Shown one piece after another: positions 43,932 through 52,951 of a stretch of DNA of 64,000 nt. The notes beneath the pieces are model-generated. The model was not told the origin of the DNA, made no database searches, and worked only from the letters and a program-made list of their open reading frames with translations. The position numbers and the translations under genes were made by a program. Position 1 is the first letter of the stretch; each line of letters opens with the position of its first letter. Where the stretch lies: the NCBI GenBank assembly GCA_945903605.1, contig CAMDOH010000004.1, positions 2,593-66,592 of the forward strand, given 5' to 3'. Origin of the DNA: Akkermansia muciniphila. GTDB lineage: Bacteria > Verrucomicrobiota > Verrucomicrobiia > Limisphaerales > UBA1100.

Positions 43932-46235
43932 ATGAAGCCTTACAAGCGCGCCGTGCCGAATCCGTTTCTGCGATACCCGATCCCCTCGCTGGGTGTGCTC
44001 TTGGCGATTGTCGCCGCAGCACTGCTGTTCGGTCGGATCGAAGTGGATTCAGAAATGCGGGCATTGCTGGAGGGCGATCAACGAAACTTGGACAGTTACG
44101 AGAAGGTAAATCGCATTCTTGGCGATGACATCGCGGTCATCGTTAGCATCGATTGTCCTGAAGTTTTTTCTCCCGACAACATCGCCGTATTGAGGCAAGT
44201 CACTGCCGAGTTGAAGCAGCTCAAGGGTTACACGGGAATCAGCGCAGTGACAGATGCCTTCCGTCCATTCCGTGCAGGATTTGGCATCCGATGGGATCCG
44301 CTCATACCCACCGAGGGCAATGTGGATTATGCGAAGCTCAAGGAATGGGCCATCGCTCATCCGCTGGTGCGGAACATCATGATCGCGCCCGATGGCCGGC
44401 ACACCATCGTGATGGCCAACTTTAACAGGCCATTTGAGACGACCCTGCAAATCCGAAAGTTCCGTTCCGAAGTGGACGCCGCCCTGGCTCCATTGAACGC
44501 CGCGAAACTTCCTTTTCACTTGCTGGCATTTCCATTCATCGAGCAGGAGATTCTCGACACGTTGCGCGTGGATATGAAGCAGTTCATTCCATTGGCATTT
44601 TTGCTGGCTGTATCAGTTTTGGCTGTGACATTCCGATATTCCAAACGACTCGTCATCTGGGTGCTTGCCAATCAAGTGGCCGGTTTATTATTACTCCCCG
44701 GTCTGCTTCAGATCACCGGGCTGAGTGTGAGTGTGTTCACAGTCATTCTGCTTCCCTTGCTCGCCGCTGTTCATCTGGCACTGCTCTCGCATGCAGGCAC
44801 CGCTTTTCAACGCGCGCTAAAAACAGGCGTTGCCGGAACGGAAGGGATCGGGCAGATGCTGCGCGAATCGTTCAAGCCGTGCGTGTATTCGGCGGTGACG
44901 ACGGCCGTCGGCCTCGCTTCATTTGCCTCCAGTGACATGGCTCAATTACGGGACTTTGGATTATTGGGCGCGCTGGGAGTATTGATGTTGTTGGTGCTCA
45001 CGTTTGGTCCCGGGATTTCTTTGCTTCAATTGATGTTCAAATCGCACGATGGTTCCAAATTGCAGTCATCCGAAACTGCGACCAACATTGGATGGAGCGT
45101 GCGTTGGACAGATATTCTCGTCCGGAACACACGCTGGATTTGGATGGGGATGCTGGGTTGCGTGTTGCTGGCATCCGTGGGGGTGGGGCGAATCCGGACC
45201 GACATCCGCGCGGTGGAATTTTTAAGCCCGAAAAGTCCGTCGCGGCTGGCGTTTGAAGAGATGGACCGCGTTTATGGCGGCATCAACGTGGTTCAAATCC
45301 AGTTTGATTCAGGCAAATCCAACGGGGTCATCAGCCCGGAATTTCTGAAATACATGGCGCGCATCGAACGGCACGCTTCCGAGAAAACAGGCGTCACCGG
45401 AGTATTTTCCTACGGCCAATTATTGGCGGCGCTCAATGAAGTGTGGGAAGGATATCGTCCCGGAACCTTGCAGTTGCCAGAGAATCCGATTCTCATCGCG
45501 ACGCTCTCGTATCTTGTCCGGGCTTCAGAGGAATCACTCCCATTCATCAGGACGCTTTGCGACGAATCCTTCCGTGTAGCCCACTTGACCGTGCGCACGC
45601 GCGACATGCCCGCCGATGAATATCTGAACTTCGTGCGCGAGCTGGAACAATTCGCCAACCAAGGCAAGCCTCCGCAAGTGACAGTGTCTGCGCAGGAAGG
45701 CATCCACTCGATACTCGAGGCGGACCGGCGGATTTTGCGCAGCTTGCAGCGCAGCTCGATGGTGACCTTCGGAGTCGTCGGCGTGGTGTTGCTGCTTTTG
45801 TGGCGGTCGCCGTTGCTCGTGCTGTTGGCATTGGCTGCCAATGCTGTGCCAATCGGTTTAGTCGTCGCTCTGCAAGGATTCGCAGGAGTGCCGCTCAACT
45901 CCATCACCATCATGGTTGGATCAATCGCCTTCGGTGTGGTGATGGATGACACGATTCATTTCATCACGCATTGGCGGGAGGAACGGCTAGCCGGCAAAAC
46001 GGCCATCGCCGCCGCGCGCGCCGCGCTCGAGGCAAAGGGCAGGGCGATGGTTTGCACGAGCCTTGTGTTGATCGCGATTGTTGGCGTTTTCCTGCTCTCC
46101 TCATTTCCGCCGGTGGTTCATTTCGGACTACTTTCTGTCATGGGCTATACAGCGACACTCGGTGCGGCACTGATATTATTACCCGCTGTACTGGGCAGTT
46201 GGATTGAACCAAGAACTCGGAACGACTCTCATTGA
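43932..46235 (+). CDS. MMPL/RND superfamily transporter (HpnN-like lipid exporter architecture)
   Basis: 767 aa. The layout is two blocks, each a TM helix, a large periplasmic loop and a 5-TM bundle. This is typical of MMPL/hopanoid-type RND proteins. Confidence 0.8.
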   Translation: MKPYKRAVPNPFLRYPIPSLGVLLAIVAAALLFGRIEVDSEMRALLEGDQRNLDSYEKVNRILGDDIAVIVSIDCPEVFSPDNIAVLRQVTAELKQLKGYTGISAVTDAFRPFRAGFGIRWDPLIPTEGNVDYAKLKEWAIAHPLVRNIMIAPDGRHTIVMANFNRPFETTLQIRKFRSEVDAALAPLNAAKLPFHLLAFPFIEQEILDTLRVDMKQFIPLAFLLAVSVLAVTFRYSKRLVIWVLANQVAGLLLLPGLLQITGLSVSVFTVILLPLLAAVHLALLSHAGTAFQRALKTGVAGTEGIGQMLRESFKPCVYSAVTTAVGLASFASSDMAQLRDFGLLGALGVLMLLVLTFGPGISLLQLMFKSHDGSKLQSSETATNIGWSVRWTDILVRNTRWIWMGMLGCVLLASVGVGRIRTDIRAVEFLSPKSPSRLAFEEMDRVYGGINVVQIQFDSGKSNGVISPEFLKYMARIERHASEKTGVTGVFSYGQLLAALNEVWEGYRPGTLQLPENPILIATLSYLVRASEESLPFIRTLCDESFRVAHLTVRTRDMPADEYLNFVRELEQFANQGKPPQVTVSAQEGIHSILEADRRILRSLQRSSMVTFGVVGVVLLLLWRSPLLVLLALAANAVPIGLVVALQGFAGVPLNSITIMVGSIAFGVVMDDTIHFITHWREERLAGKTAIAAARAALEAKGRAMVCTSLVLIAIVGVFLLSSFPPVVHFGLLSVMGYTATLGAALILLPAVLGSWIEPRTRNDSH

Positions 46236-47506
46236 ATAATCTCGACGCGCCCGACGCCAGCGATAGGATGACTTGCGTAGCGCAGAGGCGCATGAACACA
46301 ACCGTGCTTTCCCAAACAAGCGGAGAAACCGCATTGCCAAAAAGTTCCGGCAACCACTCCAAACTCACCCCGCCGCGTGGCTACGCCTTGGAAGACATGG
46401 CGGCTCGTCGCGCTTGGCTGGAAGAAAAAATCGGTCGGCCCCTGCCTGAATTCAAGCTCGATTCGCCCGAGGATTTTCAAGGACTGCTCGAGAATCAAGT
46501 CGGTTACCTCGGCCTTCCGTTATCCGTGGCCGGACCGCTCAAAATCGAAGGCACCTACGCACGCGGGGAATTCCAAGTGCCGCTCTGCACTGTGGAAGGC
46601 ACGCTGTCCCTTTCGATGACGCGCGGTTTATATCTCGCCCATCTTTCCGGTGGATTCAAATCGCAGCATCTGCGGCAGGAACTTTCTCGCAGCCCCATTT
46701 TTATCTTCGATGAGATCGAAGACGCCGCTGCGTTTGCCACTTGGATAGATCGTCAATTTGCGCCGATCAAAGCCGCTGCTGAGACTTCCACACGACACGG
46801 CAAACTTCTGCGCATCGAAAAACAGATCGTCCACAACCGGGTGATTCTCAATCTGGTTTATTCCACGGGCGAGGCTGCCGGGCAGAACATGGTGACCGTC
46901 GCCACAGAACACGCCTGCAACCACATCGCAGCAACAGCGCGCGACCTCAAGCTGAAGCGTTGGCTGATCGAGAGTAATTATTGTGGCGACAAAAATGCCG
47001 CCACCGGCACGATGATGCGCGGTCGCGGACATCACGTCATTTGCAGTGCGCTCATCGAGGAGCGTTTTCTGCGCAAACTTTTTCGAACCACTCCCGAGGC
47101 AATGCTCGCCAGTTGTGTCGATAAACATTTGGGTTCCCAACTCGGTGGCGTGCTCGGGATGAACATGCACAATGCCAATGCGCTCGCGGCGATTTACATC
47201 GCCACGGGGCAGGACGCCGCTTGCGTGGCCGAAAACTGTGTGGGCATCACCACTTATGAGGCACGCGGCAACGACCTGTATTGCACGTTGACGATGCCTT
47301 CGATCACCGTGGGCACAGTTGGCGGCGCCACGCGGCTTCATCAACAGCGCGCCAATCTGGATATGCTCGGTTGTTCCGGTCCGGACTCTTCTAAAAAACT
47401 TGCTGAAATCATCTGCGCGGCAAGCCTCGGGCTGGAACTTTCGTTGGGCGGAGCGATCGTCAGTCACGAGTTCGCCACGGCCCACGCACAATTCGGGAGG
47501 CGGTGA
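46232..47506 (+). CDS. HMG-CoA reductase family (class I-like) protein, divergent
   Basis: The maximal ORF starts at a TTG at 46232, overlapping the MMPL stop. Alternative ATGs lie at 46268 and 46292. Motifs seen are ENQVGYLGLPLSVAGP, TVEGTLSLS, TGEAAGQNM (compare DAMGMNM), CGDKNAA, ATGQDAACVAEN and GTVGGAT. Confidence 0.8.
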   Translation: MNNLDAPDASDRMTCVAQRRMNTTVLSQTSGETALPKSSGNHSKLTPPRGYALEDMAARRAWLEEKIGRPLPEFKLDSPEDFQGLLENQVGYLGLPLSVAGPLKIEGTYARGEFQVPLCTVEGTLSLSMTRGLYLAHLSGGFKSQHLRQELSRSPIFIFDEIEDAAAFATWIDRQFAPIKAAAETSTRHGKLLRIEKQIVHNRVILNLVYSTGEAAGQNMVTVATEHACNHIAATARDLKLKRWLIESNYCGDKNAATGTMMRGRGHHVICSALIEERFLRKLFRTTPEAMLASCVDKHLGSQLGGVLGMNMHNANALAAIYIATGQDAACVAENCVGITTYEARGNDLYCTLTMPSITVGTVGGATRLHQQRANLDMLGCSGPDSSKKLAEIICAASLGLELSLGGAIVSHEFATAHAQFGRR

Positions 47507-48232
47507 GTGTCCGCATTTTCCGAACTACTCGAACGTACTCCGCTCGAGCCTGAATACGCCTATTTGACGGAGGATCCATCCGCCACCGCGCGATGGCTTC
47601 GCGTGGGATTCAACGGCTTCTGCTGGTCGCTTTTCAATCTCTGGTGTCCGCTCACTGCCGTGGGACGCGAACGTCTCCCCAAACCGCCCTTTGTCCTCTG
47701 CAGCAATCACAGCAGCCACATGGACAGCGCCGCGCTCATGTGGGCTTCAGGTTTGGGCATCGATCGGTTTGGCATGCTGGCCGCCAAGGATTATTTCTTT
47801 GATAACAAACGTCGGAAAAGTTTTCTGCCACTGCTGATGAATCTGATTCCCGCCGAGCGCCAAACCAACCGCCACGCCATCACGCGGTTCCTCGTCGCCT
47901 GTCGCGCTTTCGTTCGCTTTCGAGAACGGTGCCTGATTATTTATCCCGAGGGAACGCGTTCTGTGACTGGGCAGATGGCTCCCTTCAGGCGCGGCGCGGC
48001 GATGCTCGCAGTCGAATTGGGATTGCCGCTCGTGCCTGCTTATGTGTGCGGCACATTCAAGGCGATTCCCAAAGGCAGCAACCTTGTTCGCCCCACGCGA
48101 TTGACTGTCACATTTGGCGACCCCGTCGATTACAAACAATTTTCTGCAGCTACCGCCAGCGCGCAATACGACGCGGTGAACGCCGAGCTGGAGCGACGTG
48201 TCCATCAACTTGCATCCACACATGCCCATTGA
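47507..48232 (+). CDS. PlsC-family (lysophospholipid/DHAP-type) acyltransferase
   Basis: 241 aa. The GTG start lies immediately after the upstream stop. The HX4D motif is NHSSHMD. The block IIYPEGTRS is present. Confidence 0.85.
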   Translation: MSAFSELLERTPLEPEYAYLTEDPSATARWLRVGFNGFCWSLFNLWCPLTAVGRERLPKPPFVLCSNHSSHMDSAALMWASGLGIDRFGMLAAKDYFFDNKRRKSFLPLLMNLIPAERQTNRHAITRFLVACRAFVRFRERCLIIYPEGTRSVTGQMAPFRRGAAMLAVELGLPLVPAYVCGTFKAIPKGSNLVRPTRLTVTFGDPVDYKQFSAATASAQYDAVNAELERRVHQLASTHAH

Positions 48233-49958
48233 AGTGCCGCACATGAAATGGTGGGGTTGGGGAGTCGAAGGTTCCTCCTTCGAGATCTCCGGAAAACCCG
48301 GCCTCTTTCCCTATCTCAAACGAGAATTGGGCGTCACCGATGAACAGGTCACCACTCCGCCGGTTCCACTTGCTGATGTGCGCATGCCTGAACGCAAACT
48401 CAACGGTCCATTCGAAGCTGCACTCGAGAAAGTGTTGCGGGCCGACCAGATTCGGAACGACCGCCACGAGCGTCTCATTCACGCCTTCGGCAAAAGCTAT
48501 CGCGACTTGTGGCGTGTCCGTCGCGGAGAAGTTGAACGCGCACCCGACCTCATCATCTACCCCGAGTCGGAACAGGATGTCGTCGCTGTGATGGCTGCCG
48601 CATTGGAGCACAGCGCCGTCATCATCCCATTCGGTGGCGGATCTAACATCGCCGGTTGCCTGGAGCCTCGCGACAAGTCCGGCCGTTACATCGTTTCGCT
48701 CGACATGGGGAGGATGGACCGCGTGCTGTCCGTCGACAAAGACTCGCTCATCGCGCGCATCCAACCCGGCGGTTGGGGAATGCGGATGGAGAATCAGCTT
48801 CGCGAGCACGACGTGACACTCGGCCATTTCCCGGACTCGTTTCTTTACTCGACACTCGGCGGTTGGATCGCCACGCGTTCGGCAGGTATGCAGAGCGATG
48901 TGTACGGCAAGATTGAGGACATGGTTGTCGCACTCCGGATGGTGACACCCGCTGGCACGATCATCACGCGCACGGTCCCGAAATGTTCCAATGGCATCGA
49001 CGTGAAACAGCTTTGTATCGGGAGCGAAGGGATACTTGGCGTGATCACCGAGGCGACCATGCGCGTCCACCCACTGCCTGAGAGCCGCAAGATTTACGGA
49101 TATCTATTTCCAGATTTTGAGAGCGGCGCAGCGGCGCTCAAAGAATGCACCCGGCTCAATATCTGGCCGGTGATTGCGCGGCTCAATGACCCGAAAAAAA
49201 CCGCACTCTCATTTGCATTCAAGGGCACAAAGACTCCCTTCAAAGCACTGCTCACCCAAGTTGTGAAGTGGTGGATCCACCATGTGAAGGGAATCGATTT
49301 CACGAAATGTTGCATGATGATTGTCGCGTTCGAAGGCGACAGCGCAACGGTCGAGCGCACGCGTTTGCTGGCCGATGGAGTGTATTGCAAACATGGGGCC
49401 GCCGGACTGGGCACCGAACCCGGCCGTGGATTCGAGAAGGCCAAATTTGATTTCCCGCACCTGCGCGATTTTGTCATGGACCGCAACATCATGGCCGATG
49501 TGAGCGAGACCGCCACCACTTGGGCGAATCTGCTTCCATTTTATCGTGACACCAAACGTTCGATCGAACAGGCGATCACCGATACCGGCAGCCTGCCGTG
49601 GGTCGGCTGTCACATCAGCCACAACTACCATACCGGCGCGAGTCTCTATTTTACATTCGGTTGTCGGCAATGTCCCGGCCGCGAAATGGAGCAATATCTG
49701 TATGTGAAAAAAGCGGCTGAAGATGCGTTCATGCGCAATGGCGGAACCCTTTCGCATCATCACGCCGTTGGCACTGAGCATCTGCCATGGGTCGAGGCTG
49801 ATATTTCACCCGCAGGTGTCCGTGCTGTGCGAGCGCTCAAGGATGGGATTGACCCCAAAAACATCATGAACCCCGGCAAGATAATTCCATCCGATCAGCC
49901 ACTGGCCGATTGGGGGTTGTCCGGCGACTCTTCCAAACTTTTTTCCGCTGGCAAATGA
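48222..49958 (+). CDS. FAD-linked oxidase of the alkyldihydroxyacetonephosphate synthase (AGPS) type
   Basis: The maximal ORF is 48198..49958. Candidate ATGs are at 48222 and 48243. The N-terminal MKWWGWG resembles the AGPS KWNGWG motif. The PCMH FAD domain block is IIPFGGGSNIAGC. The C-terminal GGTLSHHHAVG matches the AGPS HHH loop. Confidence 0.8.
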   Translation: MPIEVPHMKWWGWGVEGSSFEISGKPGLFPYLKRELGVTDEQVTTPPVPLADVRMPERKLNGPFEAALEKVLRADQIRNDRHERLIHAFGKSYRDLWRVRRGEVERAPDLIIYPESEQDVVAVMAAALEHSAVIIPFGGGSNIAGCLEPRDKSGRYIVSLDMGRMDRVLSVDKDSLIARIQPGGWGMRMENQLREHDVTLGHFPDSFLYSTLGGWIATRSAGMQSDVYGKIEDMVVALRMVTPAGTIITRTVPKCSNGIDVKQLCIGSEGILGVITEATMRVHPLPESRKIYGYLFPDFESGAAALKECTRLNIWPVIARLNDPKKTALSFAFKGTKTPFKALLTQVVKWWIHHVKGIDFTKCCMMIVAFEGDSATVERTRLLADGVYCKHGAAGLGTEPGRGFEKAKFDFPHLRDFVMDRNIMADVSETATTWANLLPFYRDTKRSIEQAITDTGSLPWVGCHISHNYHTGASLYFTFGCRQCPGREMEQYLYVKKAAEDAFMRNGGTLSHHHAVGTEHLPWVEADISPAGVRAVRALKDGIDPKNIMNPGKIIPSDQPLADWGLSGDSSKLFSAGK

Positions 49959-49961
49959 TCC

Positions 49962-50756
49962 ATGAGTTTTCCTGCGACAGCAGTCATCACCGGCGCCTCG
50001 GCTGGTTTGGGCCGAGAGATGGCCATTGAGCTGGCTCGGCGCGGAACTCGCCTCGCACTCGTGGCGCGTGGCGAAGAAGGACTGCGCGAGACGGCACGAT
50101 TGTGCGTGGCTGCGGGCGCGGTGGAGCCCATCATTGTGACTGCCGATGTGACACGCGCTGAAGACTGCGTTCGCCTCGTGAACGAATCTGCCGCGGGACT
50201 CGGCACGATCGATTGCCTCATCAACAATGCGGGTCAAAGCATGTGGGCCCCCTTTGAGTCGGTGGATGACCCGGCGATCTTTCAACGGCTCATGGCTGTG
50301 AATTATCTCGGTCCAGTGTGGTGTGCGCATGCGTCTTTACCTCACTTGCGTCGCAGTGGCGGGATGCTCGTGATGATCGCCTCCGTTCAATCCAAAATCG
50401 GCGCGCCCTATCACACTGGCTACACGGCCGCCAAACATGCGTTGGAGGGATTCACGGAGTCGTTGAGGATGGACCTCGATGGTAGCGGCGTTGGGATTCT
50501 CACCGTGTATCCATCGTGGATTAGCGGCACGCGATTGCGGCATTCCTCGGAAGGTAAAAATGGTAATGGGAGTGACAAAGGAAGCGACGCCGTTTCATCC
50601 ATGGATTGTGCCAGACGCATCGTTGGCGCCATCGAGCGCCGTGCGACCAGTTTGTTTATACCTCGCTGGATGGCGTTGCTGCCGTTCTTCCGGTGGGCAT
50701 TTCCTAGTCTGCTGAGGCATTTCGTGCTACGTAAGGTGAAACGGTACCACGAATAA
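49962..50756 (+). CDS. Classical short-chain dehydrogenase/reductase
   Basis: 264 aa, beginning 3 nt after the upstream stop. The motifs are TGASAGLG, NNAG, and S...YTAAK (the catalytic Ser/Tyr/Lys). Confidence 0.9.
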   Translation: MSFPATAVITGASAGLGREMAIELARRGTRLALVARGEEGLRETARLCVAAGAVEPIIVTADVTRAEDCVRLVNESAAGLGTIDCLINNAGQSMWAPFESVDDPAIFQRLMAVNYLGPVWCAHASLPHLRRSGGMLVMIASVQSKIGAPYHTGYTAAKHALEGFTESLRMDLDGSGVGILTVYPSWISGTRLRHSSEGKNGNGSDKGSDAVSSMDCARRIVGAIERRATSLFIPRWMALLPFFRWAFPSLLRHFVLRKVKRYHE

Positions 50757-51416
50757 ATGAGTGAACCATCACACATGCGATTGGGTTACCGCTTCGCGTG
50801 GCTGATGGGGCGGGCCGCTTGCAGCACCTATTTTCGTTGGCGAGTCGTGCAACGCGAACGCGTGCCGGCCACCGGCGGCGTGGTCCTCGCCACCAACCAT
50901 GCCAGCTATTTCGACCCCGTTTTCGTTGGTTCCGCCTTACCTCGCCCAGTTTATTATCTCAGCAGGTACACGGCATTTGAATTCCCGCTCGGGAATTTCT
51001 TGCGGCGCGTGCTCAATATTGTTCCTGTAGATTTGCAGGGTGGTGCCAGCCGTGGATTTCGGACGATTCTAAGTCGACTGGAAGGCGGCGCGGCGATCCT
51101 CATTTTTCCTGAAGGGACGAGGACCTACGATGGAAAGTTGCAAAGCCCCAAAGCGGGCATCGGGTTTACCATCATCAAAACCAGCGTGCCTGTGGTTCCC
51201 GTGTGTATCATCGGCAATTATGATGCCTACGGTCGGCACCGCCGATTTCCATTGCCCCGCCGAGTCGTCATCAAATTCGGACAACCCCTGTTGTTCAGTG
51301 ATGAGCGTGAGCGTGCCAAAACAGCCTCGAAGGAAGAACTGCGCGAACTTTACCAATCCGTCGCAACCCAAATGATGGATGCCATTGGGCGATTGCAGTC
51401 CGATTCAATTCCTTGA
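50757..51416 (+). CDS. PlsC-family 1-acyl/alkyl-glycerol-3-phosphate acyltransferase
   Basis: 219 aa. The ATG lies immediately after the upstream TAA. The motifs NHASYFD, IFPEGTRT and VPVVPV are present. Confidence 0.85.
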   Translation: MSEPSHMRLGYRFAWLMGRAACSTYFRWRVVQRERVPATGGVVLATNHASYFDPVFVGSALPRPVYYLSRYTAFEFPLGNFLRRVLNIVPVDLQGGASRGFRTILSRLEGGAAILIFPEGTRTYDGKLQSPKAGIGFTIIKTSVPVVPVCIIGNYDAYGRHRRFPLPRRVVIKFGQPLLFSDERERAKTASKEELRELYQSVATQMMDAIGRLQSDSIP

Positions 51417-51447
51417 AACCAATCGGTGCCGCACAGCCCATCCACAA

Positions 51448-52905
51448 ATGAACATCACCCAACACACCAAAGGAACTCCGACGGCTGCTGTCGATTGCGC
51501 CGTTGTTTTTCTGCGCGATGGACAACGTCCGCCGAAGGCCATTGACGCCGCCACCGACGGGTTGATCTCCGACCTCATTGAAAAGAAAGAATGGAACGGT
51601 CGACCGGGAGAATCGCTCATCCTCCATCGGCCACACGGACTGAAGGCGCCCCGGCTCATGCTCGTGGGCGGCGCGAAGAAATGGGATCCTCGCACCGCAT
51701 TCGAGTCCGCTGCTCATGCGGCGCGTGCGGCTGTTCGTTGCGGCAAACACATCTCGCTCGAAATAGAAAACACCGCACTGACCCGTCCCATCGTCGAGGG
51801 ATTCATTTTTGGCAATGGCAATTCCGATGAACACAAAACCGCCGGGCAACGCCCCTCCATCGAGTCGCTCACCGTGTGCGTGACAGCGCGATCGACTAAA
51901 ATCGCACGCGACATCGACCGTGCGCGAATTTCTGCCGAGGCTACGAATCAGGCTCGCCGCGTGATTAATCTGCCGCCCAATTCTCTCGGTCCAGTGGAGT
52001 TGGCTGACCTCGCCACCGACTTGGGAACCAAAGCTGGAATGGATGTGGAAGTATTCGATGAACACCGCCTGCGCGAATTGGGATTCGGTGCGCACTTGGC
52101 TGTGGGACAGGGGTCGCTGCGCCCGCCGCGACTCGTTCGCCTGTCATGGTCGCCCAATCGAGCTGATGCCCAACGCCATCTTTTTCTCGTCGGCAAAGGA
52201 ATTACTTTCGATTCCGGCGGACTCTCGCTCAAAACAGCATCGCAAATGGAGACGATGAAATATGACATGGCAGGAGCCGCCACGATGCTCGCCGCCATGA
52301 TTGCCATCGCTCAACTCCGCCTGCCGATGCGAGTGACGGCTCTGCTCGCACTCGCAGAGAACATGCCGTCGGGCACAGCCATGCGGCCGGGAGACATCGT
52401 TCGCGCGCTGAACGGAAAGACGATTGAGATTTTGAACACCGACGCCGAAGGTCGGCTCGTTTTGGCAGACGCTCTGGCACATGCCGTTAATCTGGGGGCG
52501 ACGCACATCATCGACGCGGCGACTCTCACAGGCGCGGTGAGTGTAGCGCTCGGCGATGTGAATGCGGGGCTGCTCACGAATTCCGTGCCATTTGCAAATG
52601 GACTTGTCGCAGCGGGCACTCAGGCAGGCGAACGTTACTGGCGCTTGCCGATGGATGATGATTATCTTGCGCCGATGCGCGGCGAGTTTTCCGATTTGCG
52701 GAATTCTTCTGCAAACCGCAAGGCGGGCACGATCACGGCCGCAAAGTTTCTTGAGCAATTCGTAGGTGGCGTGCCTTGGATCCACTTGGACATTGCTGGA
52801 GTGGGATGGGCCGAGAAGAATCGCGCCGACCGTTGTTCCGGTGCCACTGGCCACAGCGTGCGCACGCTCATCCGGTTCGTCGAGGCGTTGAGTGGACGGA
52901 GTTAG
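51448..52905 (+). CDS. pepA: Leucyl aminopeptidase (M17)
   Basis: I prefer the ATG at 51448. The motifs VGKGITFDSGG, NTDAEGRLVLAD and HLDIAG are present. Confidence 0.9.
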   Translation: MNITQHTKGTPTAAVDCAVVFLRDGQRPPKAIDAATDGLISDLIEKKEWNGRPGESLILHRPHGLKAPRLMLVGGAKKWDPRTAFESAAHAARAAVRCGKHISLEIENTALTRPIVEGFIFGNGNSDEHKTAGQRPSIESLTVCVTARSTKIARDIDRARISAEATNQARRVINLPPNSLGPVELADLATDLGTKAGMDVEVFDEHRLRELGFGAHLAVGQGSLRPPRLVRLSWSPNRADAQRHLFLVGKGITFDSGGLSLKTASQMETMKYDMAGAATMLAAMIAIAQLRLPMRVTALLALAENMPSGTAMRPGDIVRALNGKTIEILNTDAEGRLVLADALAHAVNLGATHIIDAATLTGAVSVALGDVNAGLLTNSVPFANGLVAAGTQAGERYWRLPMDDDYLAPMRGEFSDLRNSSANRKAGTITAAKFLEQFVGGVPWIHLDIAGVGWAEKNRADRCSGATGHSVRTLIRFVEALSGRS

Positions 52906-52951
52906 CCCGATACGAGTTGTCAATCCGCGCGCATAAAGCCATCTTGGATTC

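Noticed and set aside
46232-47506. HMG-CoA reductase as evidence for a mevalonate pathway island
   Set aside because: No HMG-CoA synthase, mevalonate kinase, phosphomevalonate kinase/decarboxylase or IDI genes are adjacent. The gene is embedded in an acyltransferase/AGPS/SDR operon instead, so a lipid-reductase role seems more likely. This is reported as a hypothesis only.
48150-49070. 306-aa ORF antisense to the AGPS-type gene; also 51295..52095(-), 52144..53085(-), 56803..57894(+) and 62242..63333(-)
   Set aside because: All are antisense to genes with strong family motifs. All have Arg/His/Asp-rich compositions characteristic of non-coding frames.
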